Shown in pieces: positions 17,674 to 27,193 of a DNA stretch of 58,704 bases (position 1 is its first letter; the number at the start of each line of letters is the position of its first letter). Source of the DNA: Bacillota bacterium (GTDB taxonomy: Bacteria; Bacillota; Desulfitobacteriia; Desulfitobacteriales; Desulfitobacteriaceae); assembly GCA_021811425.1 (NCBI GenBank), contig JAJZPA010000001.1:1-58704 (forward strand). Direction: 5' to 3'. The translations under genes and the position numbers were made by a program. The notes under the pieces were generated by a model. The model did no database searches. It saw only the letters and a list, made by a program, of their open reading frames with translations, and was not told where the DNA came from.

Positions 17674-18525
17674 ATGGCACAATTACTAGACGGAAAAGCC
17701 GTTGCTAAAGTCCTTAAAGAAGAGGTCAAACAGGAGATTGCTCAGTTGACGGTACAAGGGGTGTACCCGAAATTAGCGGTCATTTTGGTTGGGGATGATC
17801 CGGCGTCTGTGGTCTATGCCAAGTCGAAACAAAAGATGAGCGAAGGCCTGGGGATGGCGTTCGAACTCTTTACCCTGCCGAGTGCTACTCAGGAAGTGGA
17901 AGTCCTGGCTTTGATCGAGCGTTTGAATCAAGATGGGCAAACACACGGGATCATGGTGGAACTGCCACTCCCGAAACATATTTCCAAAGAGAAAGTCATG
18001 GCTGCCGTCCGTCCGGACAAGGATGTGGATGGCGTGCACCCGATCAACCGAGGGTATATTCTCAGTGGTGAGGAGGGCCTTTTCCCTGCGACCCCGCAAA
18101 GCTGTATCGAAATCATGCTGCGCTCGGGTGTGCAAATTTCCGGCAAGCATGTCGTGATTGTGGGCCGGGGTGAGACAGTCGGTAAACCGCTGGTATTCTT
18201 GATCCTTAAACATAATGCCACCGTTACGATTTGCCATTCCAAGACCCCGGATTTAGGCTATCATACGCGTCAGGCCGACATCGTGATTGCGGCGGTAGGC
18301 AAAGCCAAGATGATCAAGAAGGACATGGTCAGACCTGGTGCGATTGTGGTTGATGCGGGCATCAACGAGATTCCGGGAGGGATTTGCGGGGATGTTGATT
18401 TTGACGCCGTCAAAGAGGTGGCCGGCATGATCTCTCCGGTTCCGGGTGGGGTAGGCTCTTTAACGACCGTGCTGATCATGAAGAATGTCCTTAAAGGAAT
18501 TGCCCTGCAGAGGAGGGCTCAATAA
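17674..18525 (+). CDS. folD: bifunctional methylene-THF dehydrogenase / methenyl-THF cyclohydrolase
   Basis: MAQLLDGKAVAK...LAVILVGDDPASVVYAKSK...HVVIVGRGETVGKP...PVPGGVGSLT. Confidence 0.95.
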   Translation: MAQLLDGKAVAKVLKEEVKQEIAQLTVQGVYPKLAVILVGDDPASVVYAKSKQKMSEGLGMAFELFTLPSATQEVEVLALIERLNQDGQTHGIMVELPLPKHISKEKVMAAVRPDKDVDGVHPINRGYILSGEEGLFPATPQSCIEIMLRSGVQISGKHVVIVGRGETVGKPLVFLILKHNATVTICHSKTPDLGYHTRQADIVIAAVGKAKMIKKDMVRPGAIVVDAGINEIPGGICGDVDFDAVKEVAGMISPVPGGVGSLTTVLIMKNVLKGIALQRRAQ

Positions 18526-19160
18526 TGGAAGGAAACGCACTTTGGCAGTGGACAACCGAAAAATTCCTGGCTGAAGCGGCAAGCTCTGCACCCACGCCGG
18601 GCGGCGGCAGCGTTTCCGCTTTTGTCGGGGCGTTGGCGGCTTCCATGGTCTGCATGGTCGCGAACTTAACGGTTGGGAAAGAGAAATACAGAGATGTAGA
18701 AGCGCAGGTTAAGGAGATCCTTGCCGATGCGGAAATGGTGCTCACTGCTTTAAAAAGCGGGTTGAGCCAGGATATCGCCGAATTCTCCAATTTCATGGCC
18801 GTGCTGCAAATGCCCAAAGCCACGGATGAGGAAAAAAGCTTACGGAGCGGAAAAATGCAGGAGGCCTTAGTTTCGGCCACCGATACCCCGCTCGGTATTG
18901 CCCAAAACTGTTTCCGAGCTTTGCAGCTCGCTCAGGCTTTGGCCCCCATCGGGAACAAAGGGGCAATCAGTGATGTGGGGGTCGCCGCTTATTTGGCGGA
19001 GAGTGCTCTCAAGTCGGCCATGTTTAGTGTAGATATCAACTTGCCGGGAATTAAGGATCAAGGCTATCAAGAGCGGATCAAAACAGAACGGGAACGGCTC
19101 TTTGCCCAAGCAGAAACGTTAAAAGTTAATACGGTTGCTATGGTTCAGAGCCGATTGTAA
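18525..19160 (+). CDS. cyclodeaminase/cyclohydrolase family protein (FchA / FTCD C-terminal domain-like)
   Basis: FLAEAASSAPTPGGGSVSAFVGALAASMVCMVANLTVGKEKY is the characteristic N-terminal motif. Its start overlaps the folD stop (TAATG). Confidence 0.7.
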   Translation: MEGNALWQWTTEKFLAEAASSAPTPGGGSVSAFVGALAASMVCMVANLTVGKEKYRDVEAQVKEILADAEMVLTALKSGLSQDIAEFSNFMAVLQMPKATDEEKSLRSGKMQEALVSATDTPLGIAQNCFRALQLAQALAPIGNKGAISDVGVAAYLAESALKSAMFSVDINLPGIKDQGYQERIKTERERLFAQAETLKVNTVAMVQSRL

Positions 19161-19168
19161 GCTAAAAT

Positions 19169-19201
19169 CTATTCTGCCCAATTTAAAATTGGGCAGAATA
19201 G
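19169..19201. terminator. perfect 15-bp hairpin downstream of fchA-like gene
   Basis: CTATTCTGCCCAATT TAA AATTGGGCAGAATAG. There is an A-tract on the 5' side and no T-tract on the 3' side of the + strand, so it may act mainly on the minus strand or bidirectionally. Confidence 0.55.
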
Positions 19202-19320
19202 AGCGCACCGTTTGGTGCAGCACGTTCTCCGGCACAAGATGATGAGTAAACTCGTTAAGCGTCCGCATACCAGACGGGAGGTACGAATGGATGATCCGCG
19301 ATGATGAATTTGAATGTTAG

Positions 19321-19360
19321 AAAAATCTTCCCCAGAACACGAAGCGGGGAAGATTTTTAT
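19321..19360. terminator. bidirectional rho-independent terminator downstream of the Uma2 gene
   Basis: AAAAATCTTCCCC, 12-nt loop, GGGGAAGATTTTT. U-tracts are available on both strands. Confidence 0.7.
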
Positions 19361-19433
19361 TCCTTCATCCAACCGTGCGGCGATGTGGATGGCGCTTGCC
19401 TGAAACCCAACGTTGTAGGGTGCGAAAGCACAA

Positions 19434-20042
19434 TCAGATCAGATCATCGTCCACAACGCTGAATAAATCTTTAAGCGAAATAACTAAGTCAGGGAAAATC
19501 CCTACAGAAAGTTCGTCCTCAACCCCAAAAATCTCAGGTTGTGCATAACTTCCGGTATCCAGCAAGCGATAGACAACAATTGTTTTCCCTTCAGCGTGAA
19601 CAATCCAGTATTCTTTTACCCGAGCTTCTTCATAGCGTTTGAACTTAGTCTTAATGTCCTTGTGGAAAGTTGAGGGTGAGGAAATCTCAACGATAAGGTC
19701 GGGGCTCCCGAGACAGCCGCGCCGGTCAATTTTGCTTTTGTCACAGATGACAGTGAGATCCGGCTGGACCACGGTGGTGGCTTTTTGGTCATTTTCCGCT
19801 GCTCGCGGCAGGCGGACATCAAACGGCGCAGCAAAAACCTCACAGGGCTTATTTTTGAGATATTGGTTGAATGAAACAAACAGTTCACCGGATACCCTTT
19901 GATGGTTGCTCATTGGGGCGGGCGTCATAGCAAAAGCGACACCGTCAATGATTTCCCAACGTTCATCTTCAGACCATTGTAAGTAATCTTCATAGGTATA
20001 GAGTCGGCCGGATTGTGCAAAAACTTTCCCCAAATGAATCAC
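19434..20042 (-). CDS. Uma2-family (DUF820) putative restriction-endonuclease-like protein
   Basis: YTYEDYLQWSEDERWEIIDGVAFAMTPAPMSNHQRVSGEL...VVQPDLTVICD...PDLIVEISSPST...K...YEEARVKEYWIV (PD-(D/E)xK-like core). Confidence 0.75.
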   Translation of the reverse strand: MIHLGKVFAQSGRLYTYEDYLQWSEDERWEIIDGVAFAMTPAPMSNHQRVSGELFVSFNQYLKNKPCEVFAAPFDVRLPRAAENDQKATTVVQPDLTVICDKSKIDRRGCLGSPDLIVEISSPSTFHKDIKTKFKRYEEARVKEYWIVHAEGKTIVVYRLLDTGSYAQPEIFGVEDELSVGIFPDLVISLKDLFSVVDDDLI

Positions 20043-20164
20043 CCCCTAGAGACCATATGAATTATCCATGATTTGTTATTATGATAACATGAAGGGATGT
20101 GCATTTCAAGGCTGTTGCAATCCGCTCCCGCGTACTTTATCATAAGCCATGAGGAGTGATACCA

Positions 20165-21391
20165 TTGACGCACATATGGACCGTGAGCGAATTGGCGGGG
20201 GAGATCGACCGCACTTTGCAGGATAACTTTTTGTTTCAGAACTGCTGGGTCAGTGGGGAGATCTCTAACTTTAAGCATCACTTACCGTCAGGCCATTGGT
20301 ATTTTACGCTAAAAGATGATGTCTCGAGTCTTCGGGCGGTGATGTTCCGCAGCCGGGCTGTGCGGGTGCGTTTTGAGCCGAGAAGCGGAATGCAGGTGCT
20401 CGTCCGGGGCAATGTTAAACTCTATGACCGGGATGGGAACATCCAGGTTTATGCCGAAGAAATGCAGCCCGCTGGGCTCGGAGCGCTTTACTTAGCCTTT
20501 GAACAGTTGAAAGAACGGCTGACTGGCGAAGGGTTGTTTGCTGAGGAACGGAAAAAGAAGATCCCCCTCCTGCCGCAGCGGGTGGGGATTGTCACGAGTA
20601 CTTCCGGAGCGGCCTTGCGGGATATTCTTCAGATCATTAAGCGGCGGCATCCGCGCATGTCGTGGGTCGTTGCTCCGGCAGCAGTTCAAGGAGAAGCGGC
20701 ACCTCGGGAGATCGTGGAAGGGATCCGGCGTTTAAACCGATTTGAGGGGATTGATGTCCTCATTGTCGGGCGGGGCGGCGGTTCTTTGGAAGAGCTGTGG
20801 GCCTTTAATACAGAAGAAGTGGCCCGGGCGATTGCGGCTTCGCGTATCCCGGTGATCTCAGCGGTGGGGCATGAGACCGATATTACGATTGCAGATTATG
20901 TGGCTGACTTGCGGGCTCCGACTCCATCAGCTGCCGCTGAACTCGCGGTTCCCCTGCTTCAGGGGTTGAAAGAGCGGGTGGATTACCTGGAGAAGCGCAT
21001 GCAGCGAGGATTGAGTACCCAGCTGGCGTGGAAACGCCAGCTTTTGGAGAGGCTAGCGCTGAAGGCACCGCTGCGAGATCCATTTTGGCGAGTGGAACGC
21101 GGTCGTCAGGAGCTGGATGACTTCGCTTCACGCTTGCAAAACAGCATGACTAGATTTATGACGGATAAAAATGGTATACTAAAATTAATGGCTGCCAAAC
21201 TTGACTTACTCAGCCCCTTAAGTGTTTTAGGAAGGGGTTATTCATTAACGTATGATCAGAATGGACAGATACTGCGTTCAGCGGTCGGTGTGAAATCCGG
21301 CGCACAGGTGCAGGTTCGCTTGGCTGCAGGACGCTTAGAATGCCAGGTTGTAAAGGCAGAGATAAGAGGCGATAACATTGGCAATGGATGA
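20165..21391 (+). CDS. xseA: exodeoxyribonuclease VII large subunit
   Basis: WTVSELAGEIDRTLQDNF..VWVSGEISNFKHH.SGHWYFTLKD; IGIVTSTSGAALRDIL; GRGGGSLEELWAFN. TTG 20165 lies 8 nt after GAGGAG; the ORF-track GTG at 20156 overlaps the RBS. Confidence 0.93.
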   Translation: MTHIWTVSELAGEIDRTLQDNFLFQNCWVSGEISNFKHHLPSGHWYFTLKDDVSSLRAVMFRSRAVRVRFEPRSGMQVLVRGNVKLYDRDGNIQVYAEEMQPAGLGALYLAFEQLKERLTGEGLFAEERKKKIPLLPQRVGIVTSTSGAALRDILQIIKRRHPRMSWVVAPAAVQGEAAPREIVEGIRRLNRFEGIDVLIVGRGGGSLEELWAFNTEEVARAIAASRIPVISAVGHETDITIADYVADLRAPTPSAAAELAVPLLQGLKERVDYLEKRMQRGLSTQLAWKRQLLERLALKAPLRDPFWRVERGRQELDDFASRLQNSMTRFMTDKNGILKLMAAKLDLLSPLSVLGRGYSLTYDQNGQILRSAVGVKSGAQVQVRLAAGRLECQVVKAEIRGDNIGNG

Positions 21392-21614
21392 GAAGCTGAG
21401 TTTCGAAGCGGGTATCGAGAGGCTGGAAGGGATCGTAGAAGCTCTCGAACAGCGGGATGTTTCGCTGGAAAATGCCTTGAGTCTTTTCCAAGACGGAGTC
21501 AGCCTTATCCAGCATTGTAATGCCCTGCTGGATAAGGCTGAGCAGGTCATGGGAGTGCTTCTGGAAGAGGATGGAGAGCTTCGCTTAGAACGCGCGCTGC
21601 CAGTGGAAGGATGA
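21378..21614 (+). CDS. xseB: exodeoxyribonuclease VII small subunit
   Basis: 78 aa. LSFEAGIERLEGIVEALEQRDVSLENALSLFQDGVSLIQHC. It overlaps the xseA end. Confidence 0.92.
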   Translation: MAMDEKLSFEAGIERLEGIVEALEQRDVSLENALSLFQDGVSLIQHCNALLDKAEQVMGVLLEEDGELRLERALPVEG

Positions 21615-22486
21615 AGCCGTTGTTTAAGGAACGCTTGGCGCAATACCGTGCGCAAGTTGATGAATATATCAAAACCATCTCTTGGAACGAGAACGTGTTG
21701 GATGAAAGCATGGCCTATTCCCTCATAGGGGGCGGCAAGCGGATTCGCCCCGTCTTGGCCTTGGCTGCAGCGGAGGCGATGGGTGCGAACCCTGAGCATA
21801 TTCTTCCTGCGGCGGCAGCTTTGGAAATGATTCATACGTATTCCCTGATCCACGACGACCTGCCGGCGATGGATGATGATGACTACCGCCGGGGGCGCTT
21901 GTCTAATCACAAGGTTTTTGGAGAAGGGATAGCGATTCTTTCAGGGGATGCCCTGTTAACGTACGCTTTTGAACTATTGGCAGCGCCCATGCAGGTTGAA
22001 CCCAGGCGCCAGCTTCAAGTGATTAAAGAAGTGGCAGATGCTGCGGGCCGTCAGGGGATGGTTTTAGGCCAGGCACTCGACTTGGAAGGGGAAGGCAAAG
22101 CTCTGGGGCTTCAGGAAATCGAACGGATTCACCGCCATAAAACGGGAGCACTTCTCAGGGTTTCCGTGCGTTTGGGAGGAATTTTGGCCGGTGGGAGCGA
22201 AGAAGATATTCAGGCCTTGTCCCGTTATGCTGCCGCCCTCGGGTTGGCGTTTCAGATTAAGGATGACATCTTGGATGTGGAGAGCGACAGCTTAACCTTG
22301 GGTAAGCCGATCGGAAGCGATTTGAAACGTGGTAAAGCGACCTATCCTTCCCTCTTGGGACTTTCTGAGGCCAAAGCTGAGTTGAGAGCTAAAATCCAGG
22401 AGGCTAAAGATGCTTTGCATCTTTTCGGAGAGCGGGGTAGGTTTCTCAGGGATTTGGCAGACTATATTCAAGCGCGTCAGCACTAA
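21611..22486 (+). CDS. ispA: farnesyl/geranylgeranyl diphosphate synthase (polyprenyl synthetase)
   Basis: First Asp-rich motif LIHDDLPAMDDDDYRRG and second Asp-rich motif FQIKDDILD. ATGA overlap with xseB. Confidence 0.92.
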   Translation: MKPLFKERLAQYRAQVDEYIKTISWNENVLDESMAYSLIGGGKRIRPVLALAAAEAMGANPEHILPAAAALEMIHTYSLIHDDLPAMDDDDYRRGRLSNHKVFGEGIAILSGDALLTYAFELLAAPMQVEPRRQLQVIKEVADAAGRQGMVLGQALDLEGEGKALGLQEIERIHRHKTGALLRVSVRLGGILAGGSEEDIQALSRYAAALGLAFQIKDDILDVESDSLTLGKPIGSDLKRGKATYPSLLGLSEAKAELRAKIQEAKDALHLFGERGRFLRDLADYIQARQH

Positions 22487-22498
22487 GGGGTGTTCAAT

Positions 22499-22933
22499 AT
22501 GTTTCCTGGGTTAATCCATAATACCATCCTGGTTTCTGCAATTACAGCTTGGTTCGTGGCTCAAATCTTTAAGATCGGTGTCAACCTCTTCCTCCAACGG
22601 CGACTGGATATTGAAATGTTAGTGAGTTCCGGCGGTTTTCCTAGCTCGCACTCGGCGACCGTTAGCGCCTTGACGTTAGGAATTGGGAAATACTATGGCT
22701 GGGATTCCCCAATATTCGCAGTGTCTGCGGTGTTTGCCATGATTGTCATGTATGACGCGGCTGGAGTCAGGCGGGCTGCGGGAAAACAGGCGGAAGTCAT
22801 CAATCAATTGGTGGAGCGCCTTTACCAAGGATCGGATTCATCCCAGGAACGCTTAAAAGAACTGATCGGGCATTCGCCGCTTGAAGTGTTTGGCGGAGCA
22901 CTCGTGGGTATCGTTGTGGGGATGCTGGTATAG
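22499..22933 (+). CDS. divergent PAP2-family membrane protein (DUF212, acid phosphatase/haloperoxidase-related)
   Basis: GGFPSSHSATVSAL, MYDAAGVRR and GHSPLEVFGGALVG are PAP2-like motifs. ATG 22499 lies 8 nt after AAGGGG. Confidence 0.75.
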   Translation: MFPGLIHNTILVSAITAWFVAQIFKIGVNLFLQRRLDIEMLVSSGGFPSSHSATVSALTLGIGKYYGWDSPIFAVSAVFAMIVMYDAAGVRRAAGKQAEVINQLVERLYQGSDSSQERLKELIGHSPLEVFGGALVGIVVGMLV

Positions 22934-22950
22934 CCCAAGGGGGTCTGTCG

Positions 22951-23562
22951 TTGTCAAGCCGAAAACGTAAGCGCTGGAAACATCTTGTCTATGTGTTTAT
23001 CGGGAGTTTTTTGGCTGCTGCAGTGGTTGGTGGTGGTTCGGAAATTTTCATGGAAAGAATGTCTTTGCTCTGGGCCTCCGTGTTTCTGCTGGTCGTGGTC
23101 TTGGTGAACATTCTTTTCGATGTCATTGGGATCGCGGCGACTGCTGCGCATGAAGCTCCGCATCATGCTCGGGCAGCGAATCGGGTTTTTGGCGCGAAAC
23201 ATGCTGTTCAAATTGTAAGAAACGCTGATTTTGTCGCAAATTTCGCCAATGACGTCGTAGGGGATATTACGGGGACGGTGAGCGGGGCCATGGCGGCGAG
23301 TATCGTTATCGATCTCGTTCATTATTCTCCGAAGTTGAGTGCTTCGGAGGTGTGGCTTAATATGTTTATGCTGGCCCTGGTCGCTTCGGTCACAGTGACA
23401 GGGAAAGCGGCGGGTAAGTCATTTGCCATTCATGAAGCCAATCGCATCATCGCTGCTGTAGGTGGGGTCTTGGCTACGGTCGAGAAGGTGACTGGTTGGA
23501 ATTTTACGCGACTGAAAAAACAGGGAGGAAATAAACATGGGTCTGCTCGAAAACATTCATGA
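22951..23562 (+). CDS. membrane protein of unknown function (possibly DUF21/CNNM-like; uncertain)
   Basis: 203 aa with about 4 TM segments and basic N- and C-termini. Tightly packed between the PAP2-like gene and dxs (26-nt overlap with dxs). No secure family motif. Confidence 0.55.
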   Translation: MSSRKRKRWKHLVYVFIGSFLAAAVVGGGSEIFMERMSLLWASVFLLVVVLVNILFDVIGIAATAAHEAPHHARAANRVFGAKHAVQIVRNADFVANFANDVVGDITGTVSGAMAASIVIDLVHYSPKLSASEVWLNMFMLALVASVTVTGKAAGKSFAIHEANRIIAAVGGVLATVEKVTGWNFTRLKKQGGNKHGSARKHS

Positions 23563-25459
23563 ACCAAGTGATTTGCGTTCCCTCAGTATGGCCGAGTTGA
23601 AAGAACTGGCGGGAGAAATCCGTCAAGAAATGATCACGGTCGTGGCGGCGAACGGCGGGCACTTGGCCCCGAATTTGGGTGTAGTTGAACTGACCCTGGC
23701 CCTTCATCGTGTGTTTAAGAGCCCAAACGATAAAATTATTTGGGATGTAGGGCATCAAACCTATATCCATAAACTCATCACAGGTCGAAAAGGCCTGTTT
23801 AAAACCTTGCGCCAATATAAAGGGTTGTCCGGTTTTCCGAAGCGTTCGGAGAGTGAACATGATTTTTTTGAGACCGGGCATTCCAGCACCTCCATCTCGG
23901 CGGCCGTCGGGTATGCGCAAGCACGCGATGTGCTCAAGGAACACCACGATGTTGTGGCTGTGATAGGGGATGGAGCCATGACCGGTGGCATGGCCTACGA
24001 GGCCTTGAATTATGCTGGGCAAAGCGGCACGCACGTGATCGTCATCCTAAATGATAATGAAATGTCAATTGCTCCGAATGTCGGTGCAATTTCTTCCTAT
24101 TTAACCCGGCTGCGCACGGATCCGCGCTATGATAAGCGCAAATCCGATGTTGAGTACTTGCTGAAGCGGATTCCGGGGATTGGGGACAAGGTTGCTAAAG
24201 CCGCCGAGAAGGCTAAAGACGGGCTTAAATACCTTCTGGTTCCCGGACTGTGGTTTGAGGAGCTGGGCTTTACCTATCTGGGGCCGATTGACGGTCATGA
24301 CCAGGTCATGATGGAACAAGTCTTGGAACAGGCTAAACACAAGAGAGGGCCTGTACTGGTTCACGTTGTGACCCGTAAAGGGAAAGGATATGCGCCGGCA
24401 GAGAAGAATCCGGACGTGTTTCATGGGGTAGGTCCTTTCAATCCGGAAACCGGAGAAGTGTACAAGAGAAAGGCTCCACCTACCTATACCCAAGTATTTG
24501 GTGAAACCCTCTCTGTCTTGGGCAGGGAAAATGAAAAGATCGTAGCCATAACGGCGGCTATGCCTGGGGGAACCGGGCTCAACATCTTTGCCCGCGACTT
24601 TCCGGAGCGTTTTTTTGATGTTGGGATTGCGGAACAGCATGCCGTGACATTTGCGGCGGGGCTGGCTTTTGGAGGACTCAAGCCAGTTGTCGCGATTTAC
24701 TCGACTTTTTATCAGAGAGCCTATGATCAGGTCTTGCATGATGTCTGCCTCCAGGGTGCCCCGGTTGTCTTAGCTATAGACCGGGCCGGAGTGGTTGGGG
24801 ATGATGGCCCAACCCACCATGGGGTGTTTGATATTTCCTTCTTACGCGCGATTCCTAATCTCGTCTTCATGGCACCAAAAGATGAAAATGAACTAAGACA
24901 TATGCTGCATACGGCGGTGCGCCTGGATGGTCCGGTGGCCCTGCGTTATCCGCGTTCGGCCGGACAGGGGGTTTCCTTGGATCCGGTGTTGAAAGACATC
25001 CCCTTGGGCAAGGGAGAGGTGCTGAAAGAAGGGCGGGATGTGGCCATCCTCGCGATTGGCCCGATGGTTTATCCTTCCTTGGCGGCTGCCCAGGAACTGC
25101 GCCTTAAAGGGATCGATGCGGCGGTCATCAATTTGCGTTTTATTCAGCCGCTGGATACGGAATTAGTTCTGCGCTTCGCTCGCCTGACTAAACGCTTGGT
25201 TACGGTGGAAGATCATATGTTGAGCGGTGGGATGGGAAGCGCGGTTTTGGAACAACTGGCCGATCATGGTCTGACGGATGTGGCCGTTGAGCGCTTGGGC
25301 TACCGGGATTATGTGGATCAAGGCCCCATCCCAGTTTTGCAGCAGAATCACGGATTATCGGCGAAAGGGATTATGGCCGCTGCGGAACGACTACTTCACA
25401 GAGGCTCTCAGGTGGCCCAAGGCCGGGGCGGGTTGGCCATTCACAAGCTTAAAGCTTAA
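23537..25459 (+). CDS. dxs: 1-deoxy-D-xylulose-5-phosphate synthase
   Basis: [28 protein letters not shown]...[21 protein letters not shown]...[10 protein letters not shown]...[15 protein letters not shown]. Confidence 0.97.
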   Translation: MGLLENIHEPSDLRSLSMAELKELAGEIRQEMITVVAANGGHLAPNLGVVELTLALHRVFKSPNDKIIWDVGHQTYIHKLITGRKGLFKTLRQYKGLSGFPKRSESEHDFFETGHSSTSISAAVGYAQARDVLKEHHDVVAVIGDGAMTGGMAYEALNYAGQSGTHVIVILNDNEMSIAPNVGAISSYLTRLRTDPRYDKRKSDVEYLLKRIPGIGDKVAKAAEKAKDGLKYLLVPGLWFEELGFTYLGPIDGHDQVMMEQVLEQAKHKRGPVLVHVVTRKGKGYAPAEKNPDVFHGVGPFNPETGEVYKRKAPPTYTQVFGETLSVLGRENEKIVAITAAMPGGTGLNIFARDFPERFFDVGIAEQHAVTFAAGLAFGGLKPVVAIYSTFYQRAYDQVLHDVCLQGAPVVLAIDRAGVVGDDGPTHHGVFDISFLRAIPNLVFMAPKDENELRHMLHTAVRLDGPVALRYPRSAGQGVSLDPVLKDIPLGKGEVLKEGRDVAILAIGPMVYPSLAAAQELRLKGIDAAVINLRFIQPLDTELVLRFARLTKRLVTVEDHMLSGGMGSAVLEQLADHGLTDVAVERLGYRDYVDQGPIPVLQQNHGLSAKGIMAAAERLLHRGSQVAQGRGGLAIHKLKA

Positions 25460-25543
25460 AACCTTTTATATCGAACGACTGACTCAGGCTCTTCTATGCG
25501 TGTCGTACACATCTCAGAGAGTGGGCAGCGAAAGGAAAAATTT

Positions 25544-26368
25544 GTGGCGAAGGGTAAGGAACGTCTGGACATCCTTTTAGTCAACAAAGGATTGTCCGCA
25601 AGCAGAGAAAAAGCGAAACGCTCGATCATGGCTGGGCTCGTCTTTGTGGATCAGCAGAGGGTGGACAAGCCGGGGACGGAAGTGCCCAGAGAAGCCCATC
25701 TGGAATTGAGAGGGGAGGCGTTGCCCTTTGTATCCCGAGGAGGGCAGAAATTGGAGAAAGCGCTGAAAGCGTTCTCAGTGTCATTTGACGGCCAAGTGGT
25801 CGCAGACATCGGGGCTTCGACCGGCGGGTTTACAGACTGTGCCTTGCAGCACGGGGCGGCCAGGGTTTATGCCATTGACGTAGGCTATGGGCAGTTAGCC
25901 TGGAAGTTGCGTTCGGATTCGAGGGTTATTTCCCTCGAACGCCTGAATGCCCGCTATCTGGAAGAAGACACCCTGCCAGAAAAAGTGGACTGGGTGGTCT
26001 CTGATGTGTCCTTTATCTCCATTACGAAGCTATTTCCTGCCATGCTTAAGATTTTAAAGGAAGAGGGCGAAGCCCTGATTTTAATCAAGCCCCAGTTTGA
26101 AGCGGGAAAAGAACACGTTGGGAAAAAAGGGGTTGTGCGTGAACCGAAAATCCATGAAGGGGTTCTGCGAACCGTCTTGACTGAGGCTTTTCGCTGCGGT
26201 TTTAGGATCGAAGGCTTGGATTTTTCCCCCATCCGAGGGCCACAGGGAAATATCGAATATTTGGCCTGGCTGCAGCGAGGGAAAACTCTGGCAGACGAGA
26301 TGGCCCTGCAGGAAGGGTTGTCCCAGGTTGCAGACGTGGTGGCTCAGGCTCAGAAGGGGAGTATCTAA
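25544..26368 (+). CDS. tlyA: TlyA-family rRNA (cytidine-2'-O)-methyltransferase
   Basis: S4 domain RLDILLVNKGLSASREKAKRSIMAGLVFVD plus FtsJ-type ADIGASTGGFTDCALQHGA. GTG 25544 gives the usual size of about 274 aa. The ORF-track ATG at 25496 is possible. Confidence 0.88.
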   Translation: MAKGKERLDILLVNKGLSASREKAKRSIMAGLVFVDQQRVDKPGTEVPREAHLELRGEALPFVSRGGQKLEKALKAFSVSFDGQVVADIGASTGGFTDCALQHGAARVYAIDVGYGQLAWKLRSDSRVISLERLNARYLEEDTLPEKVDWVVSDVSFISITKLFPAMLKILKEEGEALILIKPQFEAGKEHVGKKGVVREPKIHEGVLRTVLTEAFRCGFRIEGLDFSPIRGPQGNIEYLAWLQRGKTLADEMALQEGLSQVADVVAQAQKGSI

Positions 26369-27177
26369 TGCATACAGTGGGTTTATGGATTAATACCAGT
26401 AAACCGAATGCGCAGGAGATGGCCGCGAAGCTGAGCGAGTGGTTTCACTTGAGAGCCTGGAATGTGCTCACCGCTCGCCAAACCTTTACCCCGCCACTTG
26501 ACTTTGTAATTTCCTTAGGTGGGGACGGCACGCTTTTGGAAGCGGCGCGTGAACTCTCACAGGCGCAGATCCCGGTCTTGGGAGTGAACCTTGGGCGGCT
26601 GGGATTTCTTTGCGAAATCGAAAAGGATGATGTCTTCCCGGCTTTAGAAAAGGTTTTGCGGGGGGAGTACCAAATCCAGAAGCGCATGATGCTGCAAGCC
26701 CTAGTGGAAGTGGACGGAGCGGAGCAAACCGTGAAGGTTTTGAATGATGTCGTATTCCTGCGCGATCGGAATTCGGGTCTCGTCACCTTGCAGGCGGATT
26801 TGTCTGGTGAACCATCTGTCAGCTATCCGGCTGATGGTCTCATCGTGGCCACTCCAACCGGATCAACTGCCTACTCTCTCTCCGCAGGCGGGCCTATTGT
26901 CAGCCCAGATGTGGAGGCAGTGATTCTCAGTCCCCTCGCCGCGCATTCCCTTTCCGCTCGACCGATGGTGGTATCGCCTGAGGATGACATCGAAATCATC
27001 CTGGAACGCGGGCAGAAATGCCGGGTCACATTCGATGGGCAGGCCAATGTGCCACTCCTTTTGGGAGAGCGGATAAAAATTAAGCGATCTCCAATGAAGG
27101 CGTTGCTGATTCGTCTAGGCAGTCGTAGCTTCCCAGCGCTAGTCCGGGAAAAGCTTATGGATCGCTGGCATGACTAA
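26368..27177 (+). CDS. nadK: NAD kinase
   Basis: DFVISLGGDGTLL, NLGRLGFL, ATPTGSTAYSLSAGGPIV. The ATG overlaps the tlyA stop. Confidence 0.93.
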   Translation: MHTVGLWINTSKPNAQEMAAKLSEWFHLRAWNVLTARQTFTPPLDFVISLGGDGTLLEAARELSQAQIPVLGVNLGRLGFLCEIEKDDVFPALEKVLRGEYQIQKRMMLQALVEVDGAEQTVKVLNDVVFLRDRNSGLVTLQADLSGEPSVSYPADGLIVATPTGSTAYSLSAGGPIVSPDVEAVILSPLAAHSLSARPMVVSPEDDIEIILERGQKCRVTFDGQANVPLLLGERIKIKRSPMKALLIRLGSRSFPALVREKLMDRWHD

Positions 27178-27193
27178 GTCAGGAGGGTAAGGG

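Noticed and set aside
19169-19372. 67-aa minus-strand ORF between the fchA-like and Uma2 genes.
   Set aside because: It runs straight through two terminator hairpins, is Cys/Arg-rich, and has no RBS.
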